Shown here piece by piece: positions 28,407-38,092 of a stretch of 64,000 nucleotides of DNA. The stretch is from Acidobacteriota bacterium. Its GTDB lineage: Bacteria; Acidobacteriota; Thermoanaerobaculia; Gp7-AA8. Every line of letters begins with the position of its first letter. Position 1 is the stretch's first letter. The notes beneath the pieces were generated by a model. It was not told where the DNA came from. It saw only the letters and a program-made list of their open reading frames with translations, and searched no databases. The position numbers and the translations under genes are program-made. The stretch spans positions 156,130-220,129 of the forward strand of contig JAFATB010000026.1 in NCBI GenBank assembly GCA_019244185.1, given 5' to 3'.

Positions 28407-29549
28407 GTGAAAACTGCTCGAATCGTTTGTGCAGCCGCGCTGCTGATCGCGGCCTGCCGCCCCGGCCGCGAAGCCCAAACGGCGGCCCCGACAGGGGATA
28501 TTCCAGTGGGCGTCTTCGCTGCGCTCACCGGTTCCGAAGCCTCGTTCGGCAACGCCACCGTGTCCGGCGTGAAGCTCGCCGCCGACGAGATCAACGCCTC
28601 CGGCGGCATCCTCGGACGCAAGATTCGCCTCGTCGTCGAAGACGATCAGGGGAAGGCGGAAGAAGCGGCGTCGGTGGTCACGAAGCTCATCACGAGCGAC
28701 GACGTCGTGGCGCTGATCGGCGAGAACTCGTCGAACCAGTCGCTCGCGGCCGCGCCGATCGCGCAGTCGAGCCGCGTGCCGATGATCTCGCCGTCGTCGA
28801 CGAATCCCGCGGTCACGCAGAAGGGCGACTACATCTTCCGCGTTTGCTTCACGGATCCCTATCAGGGGAAGGCGCTCGCGGCGTTCGTGCGCAACAACCT
28901 GAAGCTCGAGAACGCGGCGGTGCTGCTCGACAAGAAGAACGACTACTCCGTCGGCCTCGCGGAGTTCTTCACCAAGGAATTCGTGGCAATGGGCGGCAAG
29001 ATCGTCGCGACGCAGAGCTACACCGGCGGCGATACGGAGTTCCGCCCGCAGCTCACCGCCATCAAGCAGGCAAACCCGCAAGTGCTCTTCATCCCCGGCT
29101 TCTACACGGAAGTCGGACAGATCGCGATCCAGGCCCGCGACCTCGGCATCAACGTGCCGCTCGTCGGCGGCGACGGCTGGGACTCACCGTCCGTCGTGCA
29201 GATCGGCGGCAAGTCGATCGACGGCTCGTACTTTTCCGATCACTACTTCGTCGGCGACCCGCGCCCCGCGGTGCAGACGTTCGTGCAGAAGATCCGCGCG
29301 CGCACCGGCAAGAACCCCGAGGCGAATGCCGCCCTCGGATACGACGCGCTGCAGATGTTCGCGCTCGCGGCGAAACACGCCGGCTCGCTCGACCGCAAAG
29401 CCGTGCGCGACCAGCTCGCCGCGATGAAGGGATATCCAGGCATCTCCGGCACGATCACGATGGGAGCCGATCGGAATCCCATCAAGCCGGTGGCGATCAT
29501 CAAGATCGACAACGGACAGATGACGTTCGCGGGGTGGGTGAGTCCGTAG
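28407..29549 (+). CDS. Branched-chain amino acid ABC substrate-binding lipoprotein (LivJ/K family)
   Basis: Lipobox IAAC, EINASGGILG, STNPAVT..YIFRVCFTD, GGDGW, GYDA. Confidence 0.92.
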   Translation: MKTARIVCAAALLIAACRPGREAQTAAPTGDIPVGVFAALTGSEASFGNATVSGVKLAADEINASGGILGRKIRLVVEDDQGKAEEAASVVTKLITSDDVVALIGENSSNQSLAAAPIAQSSRVPMISPSSTNPAVTQKGDYIFRVCFTDPYQGKALAAFVRNNLKLENAAVLLDKKNDYSVGLAEFFTKEFVAMGGKIVATQSYTGGDTEFRPQLTAIKQANPQVLFIPGFYTEVGQIAIQARDLGINVPLVGGDGWDSPSVVQIGGKSIDGSYFSDHYFVGDPRPAVQTFVQKIRARTGKNPEANAALGYDALQMFALAAKHAGSLDRKAVRDQLAAMKGYPGISGTITMGADRNPIKPVAIIKIDNGQMTFAGWVSP

Positions 29550-29565
29550 CGCCTATACTCTCCGC

Positions 29566-29976
29566 ATGCGCAAATCGCTCGTCGTCCTCGCGTCGCTCGC
29601 GACTCTCGCCTTGCCGCTTTTCGCCGCCAGTCCGCAGAAGCACGGCAAGTGGCAGATCACGACGCAGGTCGAGATGCCGGGCGTGCCCGTGCAGGCGCCG
29701 CCGGTGACGCAGACGGTCTGTCTCACCGCCGCCGACGTCGAGAATCCGCAAAAGTCGGTGCCGGCGGATGCGAATCACGACTGCAAAGTCAGCGACTACA
29801 AGATCGACGGCAACACGATCAGCTGGACGGTCAGCTGCCCGAAGATGCAGGCCCTCGGTAGCGGCAAGATCACCTTCGCCGGCGACTCGTACAGCGGCGC
29901 GATGAAGCTGATGGTCCACGAGCACGAGATGTCGATGAAGTACAGCGGCAAGCGGCTCGGCGACTGCGACAAGTAG
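29566..29976 (+). CDS. Secreted DUF3617-like protein
   Basis: Signal peptide, GKWQIT..EMPG, four Cys, GKRLGDC end. Confidence 0.8.
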   Translation: MRKSLVVLASLATLALPLFAASPQKHGKWQITTQVEMPGVPVQAPPVTQTVCLTAADVENPQKSVPADANHDCKVSDYKIDGNTISWTVSCPKMQALGSGKITFAGDSYSGAMKLMVHEHEMSMKYSGKRLGDCDK

Positions 29977-29998
29977 AGGCTGCCGTCAGCAGCGACGC

Positions 29999-32900
29999 TC
30001 ACGGCATCCAGAAATCCCGCGGCCACAAACGCACGAGCTGCGTCTCCGCGCCGTCTGCCTTTTTCAGATATGACTCCCACGCGTCGAGCTGCTTGTCGGG
30101 GCCGATCGTGAAGTACACCGCGCCGGCGACGTCGGCGCCTTTCACGTTGTAGCCCGGCAGCGCGCGGCCGTAGACGGCGTCCTTGCGATCGAAGAGCGTG
30201 TCGCCGAGGGCGGGGTCGTTGCGCAGGGCGAGAATCGAGGCGCGGAACTTCTTCACCTGCTCGGGCGGCTGATTGTCCGCGAGATCGTTGGCGATGCCTT
30301 CCGCGCGCGACTCGTACGTCGCGGCGGCGCGGCTCTCGCCGAACACCTGCGCGACGGCGTAGTCGGCGAGGCGCGGGTCGCGCTGCGCGTTCTTCAGCGT
30401 GTCGACGACGAACTTCACCGTCTGCGGGATCTCCGGCGTGCGCTCGGCGTAGTAGCCGGCGCGTCCCGACTGCACGGTCGCGCGCAGGCCGTTGCTGTAC
30501 GCGAGGCCGTTCGCCAGCGTCTTGAGGAAGATGCCGTGCGCGCCGTAGCCGGCGAAGAGGCGCGAGGCGAGGTAGTCAAGCTGTTTACCTTTGTCGTCGT
30601 AGTCGGAAAAGTGCGCCGACGGCACGGACGTGATGATCACGCCGCCTTTCATGTTCGGCGCGAGCAGGCCGATGTACGTGAACTTCGCGTTCGCGTCGCG
30701 GCCGAGGACGCGCGCGTCGACGAGACGCGTGCCGTCTGCCGCGATCGGATTCGAGGGGCCGTTGCCGAGCGATGCCGTCAACAACTCGAGCGACGGGGCG
30801 AGCTGCTTGCCGAGGGACGTCGACGTGACGAGCCACATCCGCGCGCCGCTCTTCGCGAGGAGCTGCTTGCGCGCGGCGTCGAGGGCGGCGAGCGCCTGCG
30901 CCGGCGGCGTGAGCAGATCGTCACGCATCGCGGTAACGAGATACGTCCAGTCGGCGGCGAGGCTGCTGTCGGGAACATCGGTGAGCGTCAGCTCGAGATC
31001 CTTGCGCGCGTCCTGCGCAATCGGCTGCGCCGACGCGGAGAGCGCGCTCACGTTCTGCGCCGCGGCGAGCAGCGCCGCGCGGTCGCCTTTCTGCTGCGCG
31101 AGGTTCGTGAACCACTGCTGCAGCGCGTCGCGATCGGCGGCCGGCGCTTCCTTCAGCAGCCAGCGCAGGCGCAGCGCGTTGTGCGCGCGCGTGAGGAACG
31201 AGTCCGCCGCGAGAAACGCGGGGCTCGACTGCATCCGATACGCCGCCGCGGGGTTCTGCACCCACGACTCTTCCGAGCCCTGCATCGTGTTGCGCAGCGC
31301 GCTCAGCGACTGATCGACGACGTCGCGGATGCGCGCGAGATTCTCCGGCCGCCAGTCGGGATGCTGGAGGACGAGCGACATCCACTCGACCGCGCGCTTC
31401 GCCTCGCCGATGCCGATGCCGGAGCCCGACACGACGAGCTCGACGCGGTTCGTGCGCGGGTTCGTCGAGAAGCGCGCGTCGAGATCGAGGATCTCCTTGC
31501 GCAGCCGCTCCGACATCTCGTCGTACGACACCGGCTTGCCGTTCTCGATCACGCCGACTCGCGTCAAAAGAGCAGGCATGAGCGAGAGATAACGAAGCTG
31601 CTCGCGCGAGAGCGTGTCCGCGCGCAGGACTAGCGCGGCCGTCGCGCTGGACATGTTGTCGAACGTCGACGTGACCATCGGCACGCCGCTGCCGAGCTTC
31701 GACTGCGCGTAGTGCAGCGGATCGTCGAGCGTCATCGGCGGGTTCTTGATGAAGGCCGGCGGCGCGATCGACTTCGCCTCCTCTTCGATGTGCGCGGACT
31801 CCGCTTCCTGCTCGCCCTGATAGCGCTTCAGCGCGGCCTGCACGTCCGTCATCGAGTACTGCTTCGCGAGCCGCTGCGCCTCGGCCTCGGCGCGCGCGGT
31901 GCGCTCGCTCTCCTCGCGCTGCAGCAGGGCGGGACTCGGCTTCGCGGCGACGCCGTACGGCGTGACGTCGGTGAGCTGCCATTCGGCGAGCTTCGTCCGC
32001 CAGAGGTTCTTCCCCGACGCGAGCTGTTTGCGGATCGCGTCGAGCTGCGGCGCGAGCGTCACCGACTTGCGCGCGTCCGGCACGCGCTCGAGCAGCAGCA
32101 GCTGATCCATCCACGACGAGCGCGTGTTGCGGAAGCCGAACGACGGCGGCGTGTTGACGAAGTTCGCGAGCTGGCGCCGCGTGTCGATGAGCCGGTTCAG
32201 CACGCGCTCGTTGAATTCCTTCAGCTCCGGCGAGTCATCGCCGAACGCGGCCACGCGCGCGAGCTCGTCCTGCACGCGCTTGCGCACCTCGGCGATCTTG
32301 TCGCTGGTCAGACTCGCGACCGCGACGTTGTCGAGGATGAGCGAGAACTGCTCCCCCTGATCGCGCTCCACATTGTTGAAGACGCCGGTCGCGCCGGTCT
32401 CCATCACGCGCGTCTTGCTGTCGACGAAGAGCTTGTAGAGGTTCGTCGTCGCGTCGCCGGCGAAGCTGTCGGCGAAGAGCTCGAGCAGGATCGCGTCCTG
32501 CGCGGAGAGATTGACGCGCGTCGCCGGCCAGACCAGTGCGAGAGGGCTCGGCTGCTGGTCGTTGCGGAACGGATACTCGTCGATGCGGATCGTGCCCGTC
32601 GCCGCGGCTTGCGGCGCGGGGAGTGGCTTCGCTGTCGTCGACGGCCGCGACTGCGGCTCCGTCTCGACTTTGGTCAAGATGTTGTCCGTCCGGCTGAGGA
32701 TCTCGGAAATGGGAACGCTCTTCGGGAAGGCGACGATGGTGCCCATGTTGCCGAGGTAGTAGTTCGCGGCGTGGAAGGCCCGGATGTCGGACGGCTGCAT
32801 CGTGCGGATGCCGGACGGCTCGCCGCCGGAGTTGTACGCGAGCGGATGCTGCGCGCCGTAGGTGAGCAGGCCCGCCTCGCGGAAGAGAACGCGGTAGCGG

Positions 32901-33484
32901 TTCGCGCTGGAGCTGGTCATCTCGTTGTAGACCGAGCCCTTTTCCTCGAGCCGCAGCGTGCCGTCGGGATTCGACGTGACGCCGAAGTTGCGCACCTCGC
33001 GGCGGATCTCGACGTCGGTGTAGTTGGGATGCAGGAGCGCGTTGAGCTGCGCGCCGAAGAGATCGAAGAAGACGTCTTTGCCGGCGGTGGTGTTGAAGTG
33101 ATAGCTCGTGCGCCACTGCTGCGTGAACGCGTTCGAGCCGGAGAGCCACATCGTGTCGAGCCCCGCGAACGCGCGGCCGGTCGTGCCCTTGCCGAGGAGG
33201 AGATGCTCCTGCGTGTGCGGCTCGCCCTGATCGCCGACCGGAATCGAGTTCACCCACGTGTAGCCCTGCGGCACCGACTCGATCTGCAGATAGTCGAGCG
33301 TGAAGCCGCTGCGCTTGTGGATGAAGCGCGCGCCGAGCGGCTGCCCCGCGTCGTCGAGGTACACCGCCTCGACGCGGAACCCGTCCGCGACGTCGCCTTT
33401 CTTCAGCTTGTCGAGCGAGAGATCGGCCGCGAATGCGGACAGCGTGACGAGAGCGGAGGCGAGCAGAAGAGCGGACATGCGCAT
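29999..33484 (-). CDS. Secreted M16 (insulinase/PreP-like) zinc metallopeptidase
   Basis: Inverted zincin HTQEH plus KGSVYNEM third ligand; signal peptide; 1161 aa. Confidence 0.8.
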   Translation of the reverse strand: MRMSALLLASALVTLSAFAADLSLDKLKKGDVADGFRVEAVYLDDAGQPLGARFIHKRSGFTLDYLQIESVPQGYTWVNSIPVGDQGEPHTQEHLLLGKGTTGRAFAGLDTMWLSGSNAFTQQWRTSYHFNTTAGKDVFFDLFGAQLNALLHPNYTDVEIRREVRNFGVTSNPDGTLRLEEKGSVYNEMTSSSANRYRVLFREAGLLTYGAQHPLAYNSGGEPSGIRTMQPSDIRAFHAANYYLGNMGTIVAFPKSVPISEILSRTDNILTKVETEPQSRPSTTAKPLPAPQAAATGTIRIDEYPFRNDQQPSPLALVWPATRVNLSAQDAILLELFADSFAGDATTNLYKLFVDSKTRVMETGATGVFNNVERDQGEQFSLILDNVAVASLTSDKIAEVRKRVQDELARVAAFGDDSPELKEFNERVLNRLIDTRRQLANFVNTPPSFGFRNTRSSWMDQLLLLERVPDARKSVTLAPQLDAIRKQLASGKNLWRTKLAEWQLTDVTPYGVAAKPSPALLQREESERTARAEAEAQRLAKQYSMTDVQAALKRYQGEQEAESAHIEEEAKSIAPPAFIKNPPMTLDDPLHYAQSKLGSGVPMVTSTFDNMSSATAALVLRADTLSREQLRYLSLMPALLTRVGVIENGKPVSYDEMSERLRKEILDLDARFSTNPRTNRVELVVSGSGIGIGEAKRAVEWMSLVLQHPDWRPENLARIRDVVDQSLSALRNTMQGSEESWVQNPAAAYRMQSSPAFLAADSFLTRAHNALRLRWLLKEAPAADRDALQQWFTNLAQQKGDRAALLAAAQNVSALSASAQPIAQDARKDLELTLTDVPDSSLAADWTYLVTAMRDDLLTPPAQALAALDAARKQLLAKSGARMWLVTSTSLGKQLAPSLELLTASLGNGPSNPIAADGTRLVDARVLGRDANAKFTYIGLLAPNMKGGVIITSVPSAHFSDYDDKGKQLDYLASRLFAGYGAHGIFLKTLANGLAYSNGLRATVQSGRAGYYAERTPEIPQTVKFVVDTLKNAQRDPRLADYAVAQVFGESRAAATYESRAEGIANDLADNQPPEQVKKFRASILALRNDPALGDTLFDRKDAVYGRALPGYNVKGADVAGAVYFTIGPDKQLDAWESYLKKADGAETQLVRLWPRDFWMP

Positions 33485-33544
33485 GGCGGCCGGAGTGTAC
33501 TCCGCGCGCAGATGTGGGTTAGGTGAATTCAGGAAGACATGAGA

Positions 33545-34381
33545 TCACTTCCCCTTCGCCCCCTCCACCCGCGGCAACAGCACATCCCGCACATACTGCC
33601 AATCCGGCACGAGCCGCAGCGCCTCGCGCGCCTCGGCGCGCGCGGCGGGGAGATCGGGCGGGGTGGCGTTGACGTGCGCGTACGCGAGCGCCATGAGCGA
33701 CTCCGGTTTGCCCCAGTCGGGGAGGGGGGAGTGGGAGGGCGGGGGCGCGAGCTGCACGGCGCGTTGATAGAGCTCGATCGCTTTCGGTACATCGCCGCCG
33801 ATCGAGGCGGGCTTGAAGAGGAGGTCGCCGCCGGCGACCCAGAGGACGCGGGGGTTGTCGGGCTCCAGCTCGCGGGCGCGGGCGAGGAGGCGGGCGGCGC
33901 GGGTGAAGCGCTCGCGCATCACCGCCGGGTCGTCGCGCAGGAGGTTGCCGAGCCAGCCGTTGACCGATGACGCGGCGGCGTAGGCATCGGCGAAGTCGGT
34001 GCGCTGGAGCATTGCGGCTTCGAACTCCGCGTCCGCTTCGATGAGGCGCGTCTGCAGGTCGCGGACGCTCATGTGGTGATTGGCGCCGTTGATCGCCGCG
34101 CGCCAGCTCGCGTAGCCGGACCAGTAGTGCGCGAGGTAGCCGAGCTCGGGATCGTCGACGAGCGGCGCGAGCTCGCGGCGGAGGCGCAGCAGGCCGGCGA
34201 TGTCGGCGCGATAGTCGGCGCGCATGGCGCGCTCCTTCACGGTCATGAGACGCGCGCGTACGGCGGCCGCGTTCGACGACGCCGTGGCCGCGGGTGCGAA
34301 CGCGCAGCTGGTCAGCTTCGCGACGAACCGCGGGTCTTCGAAGATGAGCAGCAGCATGACGGCGCACGCGACCGATCTCAT
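33545..34381 (-). CDS. Hypothetical helical/TPR-like exported protein
   Basis: ATGA-coupled to VOC gene; ELEPDNPR TPR-like motif; PDWG. Confidence 0.7.
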   Translation of the reverse strand: MRSVACAVMLLLIFEDPRFVAKLTSCAFAPAATASSNAAAVRARLMTVKERAMRADYRADIAGLLRLRRELAPLVDDPELGYLAHYWSGYASWRAAINGANHHMSVRDLQTRLIEADAEFEAAMLQRTDFADAYAAASSVNGWLGNLLRDDPAVMRERFTRAARLLARARELEPDNPRVLWVAGGDLLFKPASIGGDVPKAIELYQRAVQLAPPPSHSPLPDWGKPESLMALAYAHVNATPPDLPAARAEAREALRLVPDWQYVRDVLLPRVEGAKGK

Positions 34382-34743
34382 TGCGCGCCTCCGCGCTGCC
34401 AGATGCCGAAGACGCGGCGGTCGGGATCCTCGAACAGCGCCAGCGCGCCCATGTTCGGGATCTCCATGCGCGGCACGAGCGTCGTCCCGCCGGCCGCCTC
34501 GATCTTCGCGCGATACGCGTCGAGATCATCGACGTCGATGTACAGCGCGAGGTTGCCGGGCCACGGCCCGTCCTGCGGCGTGGTAATGCCGCCGTTGATG
34601 CCGTTCTCCGCGCGCGTGTCGACGAGGCGGTAGTTCAGCGCCTCGATGAACGTCACTTCCCAGTCGAAGACGTCCGCGTAAAAGCGTCCGACCTTCTCCG
34701 GATCCTTGGACCATAGTTCCCAATGCACGACCGGTTTGCCCAC
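34378..34743 (-). CDS. VOC/glyoxalase family protein
   Basis: AAGGAG RBS, GTG; VVHWEL, FYADVFDW, GINGG, FEDPDRRVFGIWQ. Confidence 0.9.
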   Translation of the reverse strand: MGKPVVHWELWSKDPEKVGRFYADVFDWEVTFIEALNYRLVDTRAENGINGGITTPQDGPWPGNLALYIDVDDLDAYRAKIEAAGGTTLVPRMEIPNMGALALFEDPDRRVFGIWQRGGAQ

Positions 34744-34804
34744 GTCTGCTCCTTTCGATTTCGCGCAAACGGTGAGGCCGCGGCGGACGTCCGCCAACGA
34801 CTTT

Positions 34805-34834
34805 TCGGCGGACGCGCGCGACGGCTCGGCGAAT
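34805..34834 (-). promoter_or_regulatory. Putative LytTR binding site (9-bp direct repeat, 12-bp spacer)
   Basis: Minus strand ATTCGCCGA-N12-GTCCGCCGA upstream of the VOC gene, next to a LytS/LytTR pair. Confidence 0.5.
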
Positions 34835-34879
34835 CGACCGGAGCGCCTGCACGTGGCGAGCTACCATGAGCCAGCGCTC

Positions 34880-35941
34880 ATGCTCGTCCGCACGCTGCTT
34901 CGAAATCTCGCACTGCTCGTCGCCGCGTGGCTGCCGTTTTTCTCGTTGTGGGTCTTCTTCGCGGCCGCGTACGGGCATCAATCGGTCGGCGCGGCGTCGT
35001 ATCTCGCCTTCTACACGATCGGCAGCGCCGCCTTTCTCGGCCTCGGCGTCTGGTACTACTGCGCGGCTTACCGCTGGCCGCAAGAGGTGCGCATCGGCTT
35101 CTACGCGCGTCACCTGGCCATGGCGTCGCTGTACTCCGCGTTGTGGATCCTGGCCACGTACTGGATCGGCAGTCTCCGCTTTCACGAATCGCTGTGGCAT
35201 TCCATCGTCACCTCGCAGATCCTCGGCTGGCAGTTCGTGATGGGCGTGTGGCTCTACGGCCTCGTCGCCGGCGTGACCTACGCGATGCAGACGCGCGAGT
35301 GGGCGACGCGCGCGGAGATCCGCGCCGCGCGCGCGGAGGCGGCGCTGCACGAGGCGCGGCTCGAGGCGCTGCGCAACCGCCTGCATCCGCACTTTCTGTT
35401 CAACGCGCTGCACACCGTCGCCGCGCTCGTGCGCGAAGACGCCACGCGCGCCGAGAACGCGGTTGACAAGCTCGGCGAGCTGCTGCGCTACACGCTCAGC
35501 GAAGAGCGCGACGTCGTGCCGCTGCGCGAGGAGTGGGAGCTGACGCGGCGCTATCTCGAGTTCGAGCAGCTGCGTTACGAGGAGCTCCTGCGCGTGAAGG
35601 CGGAGATCCAGTTGGAATCGCTCGCCTGCGCCGTGCCGTCGTTCGCCGTGCAGACGCTGGTCGAGAACGCGGTGCGGCACTCGATCGCCACGCGCACGAC
35701 CGGAGGCCACGTCGAGGTCTCCGCGATCGTGAGCGACGGACGCCTGCGCGTCATCGTGCGCGACGACGGCTCCGGCGCCGGCGGCGACGCCGGCATGCGC
35801 TCCGGCTTGCGCACGCTGCGCGAACGCCTCGCCGCCGTTCACGGCAACGACGCGCAGGTGACGTCGCGCACGGCGGCGGGGGAGTACGAGGCCGGCTTCT
35901 CGATCCCGTGCGCGCGCGCCGCGGAGCCGGTCGATGACTGA
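34880..35941 (+). CDS. LytS/YehU-family sensor histidine kinase
   Basis: TM helices, LHPHFLFNALH, ENAVRH, DDGSG, GLRTLRERL. Confidence 0.92.
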   Translation: MLVRTLLRNLALLVAAWLPFFSLWVFFAAAYGHQSVGAASYLAFYTIGSAAFLGLGVWYYCAAYRWPQEVRIGFYARHLAMASLYSALWILATYWIGSLRFHESLWHSIVTSQILGWQFVMGVWLYGLVAGVTYAMQTREWATRAEIRAARAEAALHEARLEALRNRLHPHFLFNALHTVAALVREDATRAENAVDKLGELLRYTLSEERDVVPLREEWELTRRYLEFEQLRYEELLRVKAEIQLESLACAVPSFAVQTLVENAVRHSIATRTTGGHVEVSAIVSDGRLRVIVRDDGSGAGGDAGMRSGLRTLRERLAAVHGNDAQVTSRTAAGEYEAGFSIPCARAAEPVDD

Positions 35942-36692
35942 CGCGGTACGCGTCGTTATCGCTGACGACGAGCCGCTCGCGCGGCGCGCGTTGCGCGAGC
36001 ACCTGCGCCACGTCGACTGGGTCGGTCGCGTCGACGAAGCGGCGGACGGCTTGTCCGCCGTGCGCCTCGTCGACGAGCTGCGCCCCGATCTCGTCTTCCT
36101 CGACGTCGTGATGCCGGGGCTCTCCGGCGTCGAAGCGGCGGAGCAGTTCGCGCACCGGCCGCACATCATCTTCACCACCGCGTACGACCGCTACGCCGTG
36201 ACCGCGTTCGAGCTCGGCGCGCTCGACTATCTCCTCAAGCCGTTCGGACGCGAGCGCGTTCTCGGCGTGCTCGATCGCGCGCGCGTCGCCCTGCAGCACG
36301 GCGTCCCGCGCATCGCCGCGCGCGCCAGTCAGGTGCTGCGGCAGTCGATGCCCGTGTCGTCGATCTACGTCAAGGAACGCGGGCGGCTCCTGCGCATCCC
36401 AGCCGATCGCGTGCAGCGGCTCGAGGCGTGCGACGACTACGTCGCGGTGCACGCCGACGGGAAGCGCCACCTCATGAACGCGCGCCTCGGCGATCTGCAC
36501 GCGCGGCTCGATCCCGCGCGTTTCGTGCGCGTGCATCGCTCGCACGTCATCAACGTCGACTTCATCGACGCCGTCGAAACCGGCAACGGCTCGCGGCTCG
36601 TGGTCGTGCTGCGCGACGCCACGTGCGTCACCGCGAGCCGCAGCGGCTCCGCGCAACTGCGCTCGCTCGTCGTGGCGGGTGTCGAACGATAA
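35934..36692 (+). CDS. LytTR response regulator
   Basis: DDEPLAR, FLDVVMP, DYLLKP, FVRVHRSHVIN. Confidence 0.95.
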   Translation: MTDAVRVVIADDEPLARRALREHLRHVDWVGRVDEAADGLSAVRLVDELRPDLVFLDVVMPGLSGVEAAEQFAHRPHIIFTTAYDRYAVTAFELGALDYLLKPFGRERVLGVLDRARVALQHGVPRIAARASQVLRQSMPVSSIYVKERGRLLRIPADRVQRLEACDDYVAVHADGKRHLMNARLGDLHARLDPARFVRVHRSHVINVDFIDAVETGNGSRLVVVLRDATCVTASRSGSAQLRSLVVAGVER

Positions 36693-36725
36693 AGAAACGC
36701 GATCGAGGAAACGACCGCGACCGCG

Positions 36726-37208
36726 CTACGGCGTCGGCGTCCGCCGCGCGCGATCCGCCAGCGCGAGCTGCGCGACCATCAGCAGCATGCCGGTGTCGCG
36801 GAAGAGCACAAAGCGCATGTCGGCGAGGCGTTCCTCGTACGTGCGGCCGGCGGCGGAGACGTCGAAGCAGCCGCAGTCGATGGCGTTGCCACGGGCGAGG
36901 TTGATCGTGATGGCGACCATGAAGGTGACGAGGAGCGCGGTGATGATCCAGCGCGCGGCGCGCGTCCAGACGCCGAGGATGAGGGCGAGGCCGGCGAAGA
37001 GCTCGACCCACGGCATCGTGATCGCGGCGAGGTTGATGAAGCCGCCGGGAAGGATGCGGTAGTTGTAGATCATGTGGGCGAACGCGGGCGGGTCGGCGAT
37101 CTTCGGCAGCGCGGCGACGACGAAGATCGCGCCGAGGGCGAGCTGCACGCGGATGGTGAGCCAGGGATGCGTGAGGCGTTCACGCCAGGTCAGCTCTCGA
37201 AACCCCAT
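36726..37208 (-). CDS. MauE/DoxX-family membrane protein
   Basis: KIADP, PWVEL..G, IDCGCF; TGATG-coupled to rhodanese gene. Confidence 0.88.
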   Translation of the reverse strand: MGFRELTWRERLTHPWLTIRVQLALGAIFVVAALPKIADPPAFAHMIYNYRILPGGFINLAAITMPWVELFAGLALILGVWTRAARWIITALLVTFMVAITINLARGNAIDCGCFDVSAAGRTYEERLADMRFVLFRDTGMLLMVAQLALADRARRTPTP

Positions 37209-38026
37209 CAGGGCTGCGCTCCCGTGTGCACCGGAAGGCCGCGCTTCTGCCAGTCCGGAAAGCCGTCCTTGTAGACGTACACGTTGTTGAACTGGATGCC
37301 CCACAGCTTCTCGGCGAGCATGTGCGAGTCCTCGCATACGCCGCCGGAGCAGTAGACGACGATGGGAAGGTTCTGCTCGCGCGGATCGCTGCGCTCGTTG
37401 AAGAGCGCGTTGACCTTCTCGTCGATGTCGGACTCCCACACCGAATACGAGCGTGCGCCGGGGATGTGGCCGTCGGCGAAGACGGAGGAGCGGCGCGCGT
37501 CGAGGAACAGCACGCCTTTGTCGTGGAGGAGCGCGGCTTCGTCGCCGCCGATCTCGACGTACGCATTCGACGGATGCGGCGCGTACTTCGCGAGCGCGTC
37601 GGCGGCGGGCGGGGCGGGGGCGGACTTGGATGCGGGCGGTGTCGACGACTTTGGTGCAGTGGTCGTCGTCGCCGGCGGCGCGGTGGTGGTGGGCGGAGTC
37701 GGAGTCGTGCGCGCGATGGTGGTTGTCGCGACAGTCGTCGTCGTTGTCGTCAGCGGCGCGGTGGTCGTCGTCGATGGCGCGTCGCTCGTCGTCAGCGGCG
37801 CACCGGTGGTCGTCGTTGCCGAAGTCGTCGCGATCGTCGCGGTGGTCTGCACCGGCGTCGACGGCGGTGTCGCCGCCTCGTGCGGCGGCACGCGCAGCGC
37901 GCCGGGGTAGTAGCCGGGCAGCATCAGCTTCCGCGTGCGCGAGGCGAAACCGTTCGCGACGATGGCGAAGACGAGCGCGGCGGCGATGAGGGCGACGGCC
38001 TGCAGCAGTGGATGGCGGATCGGCAT
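37208..38026 (-). CDS. Membrane-anchored rhodanese-like protein with Thr/Pro-rich linker
   Basis: FLDAR..F..GHIPGA, YCSGGVC, YKDGFPDW; long T/P/A tract. Confidence 0.88.
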   Translation of the reverse strand: MPIRHPLLQAVALIAAALVFAIVANGFASRTRKLMLPGYYPGALRVPPHEAATPPSTPVQTTATIATTSATTTTGAPLTTSDAPSTTTTAPLTTTTTTVATTTIARTTPTPPTTTAPPATTTTAPKSSTPPASKSAPAPPAADALAKYAPHPSNAYVEIGGDEAALLHDKGVLFLDARRSSVFADGHIPGARSYSVWESDIDEKVNALFNERSDPREQNLPIVVYCSGGVCEDSHMLAEKLWGIQFNNVYVYKDGFPDWQKRGLPVHTGAQP

Positions 38027-38092
38027 TCGAGGTCTAGGACGCGCGTGGCGGTGCGCGCGTTTCGCATCCTAGCGGGTTCCGTCCGCGACGCG

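Noticed and set aside
33715-33750. G-rich tract resembling a G-quadruplex
   Set aside because: Explained by Pro codons (PPPSHSPLP) on the minus strand.
37620-37870. Repetitive GTCGTC/GTGGTC tract
   Set aside because: It encodes the Thr/Pro-rich linker of the rhodanese protein; not an independent repeat element.
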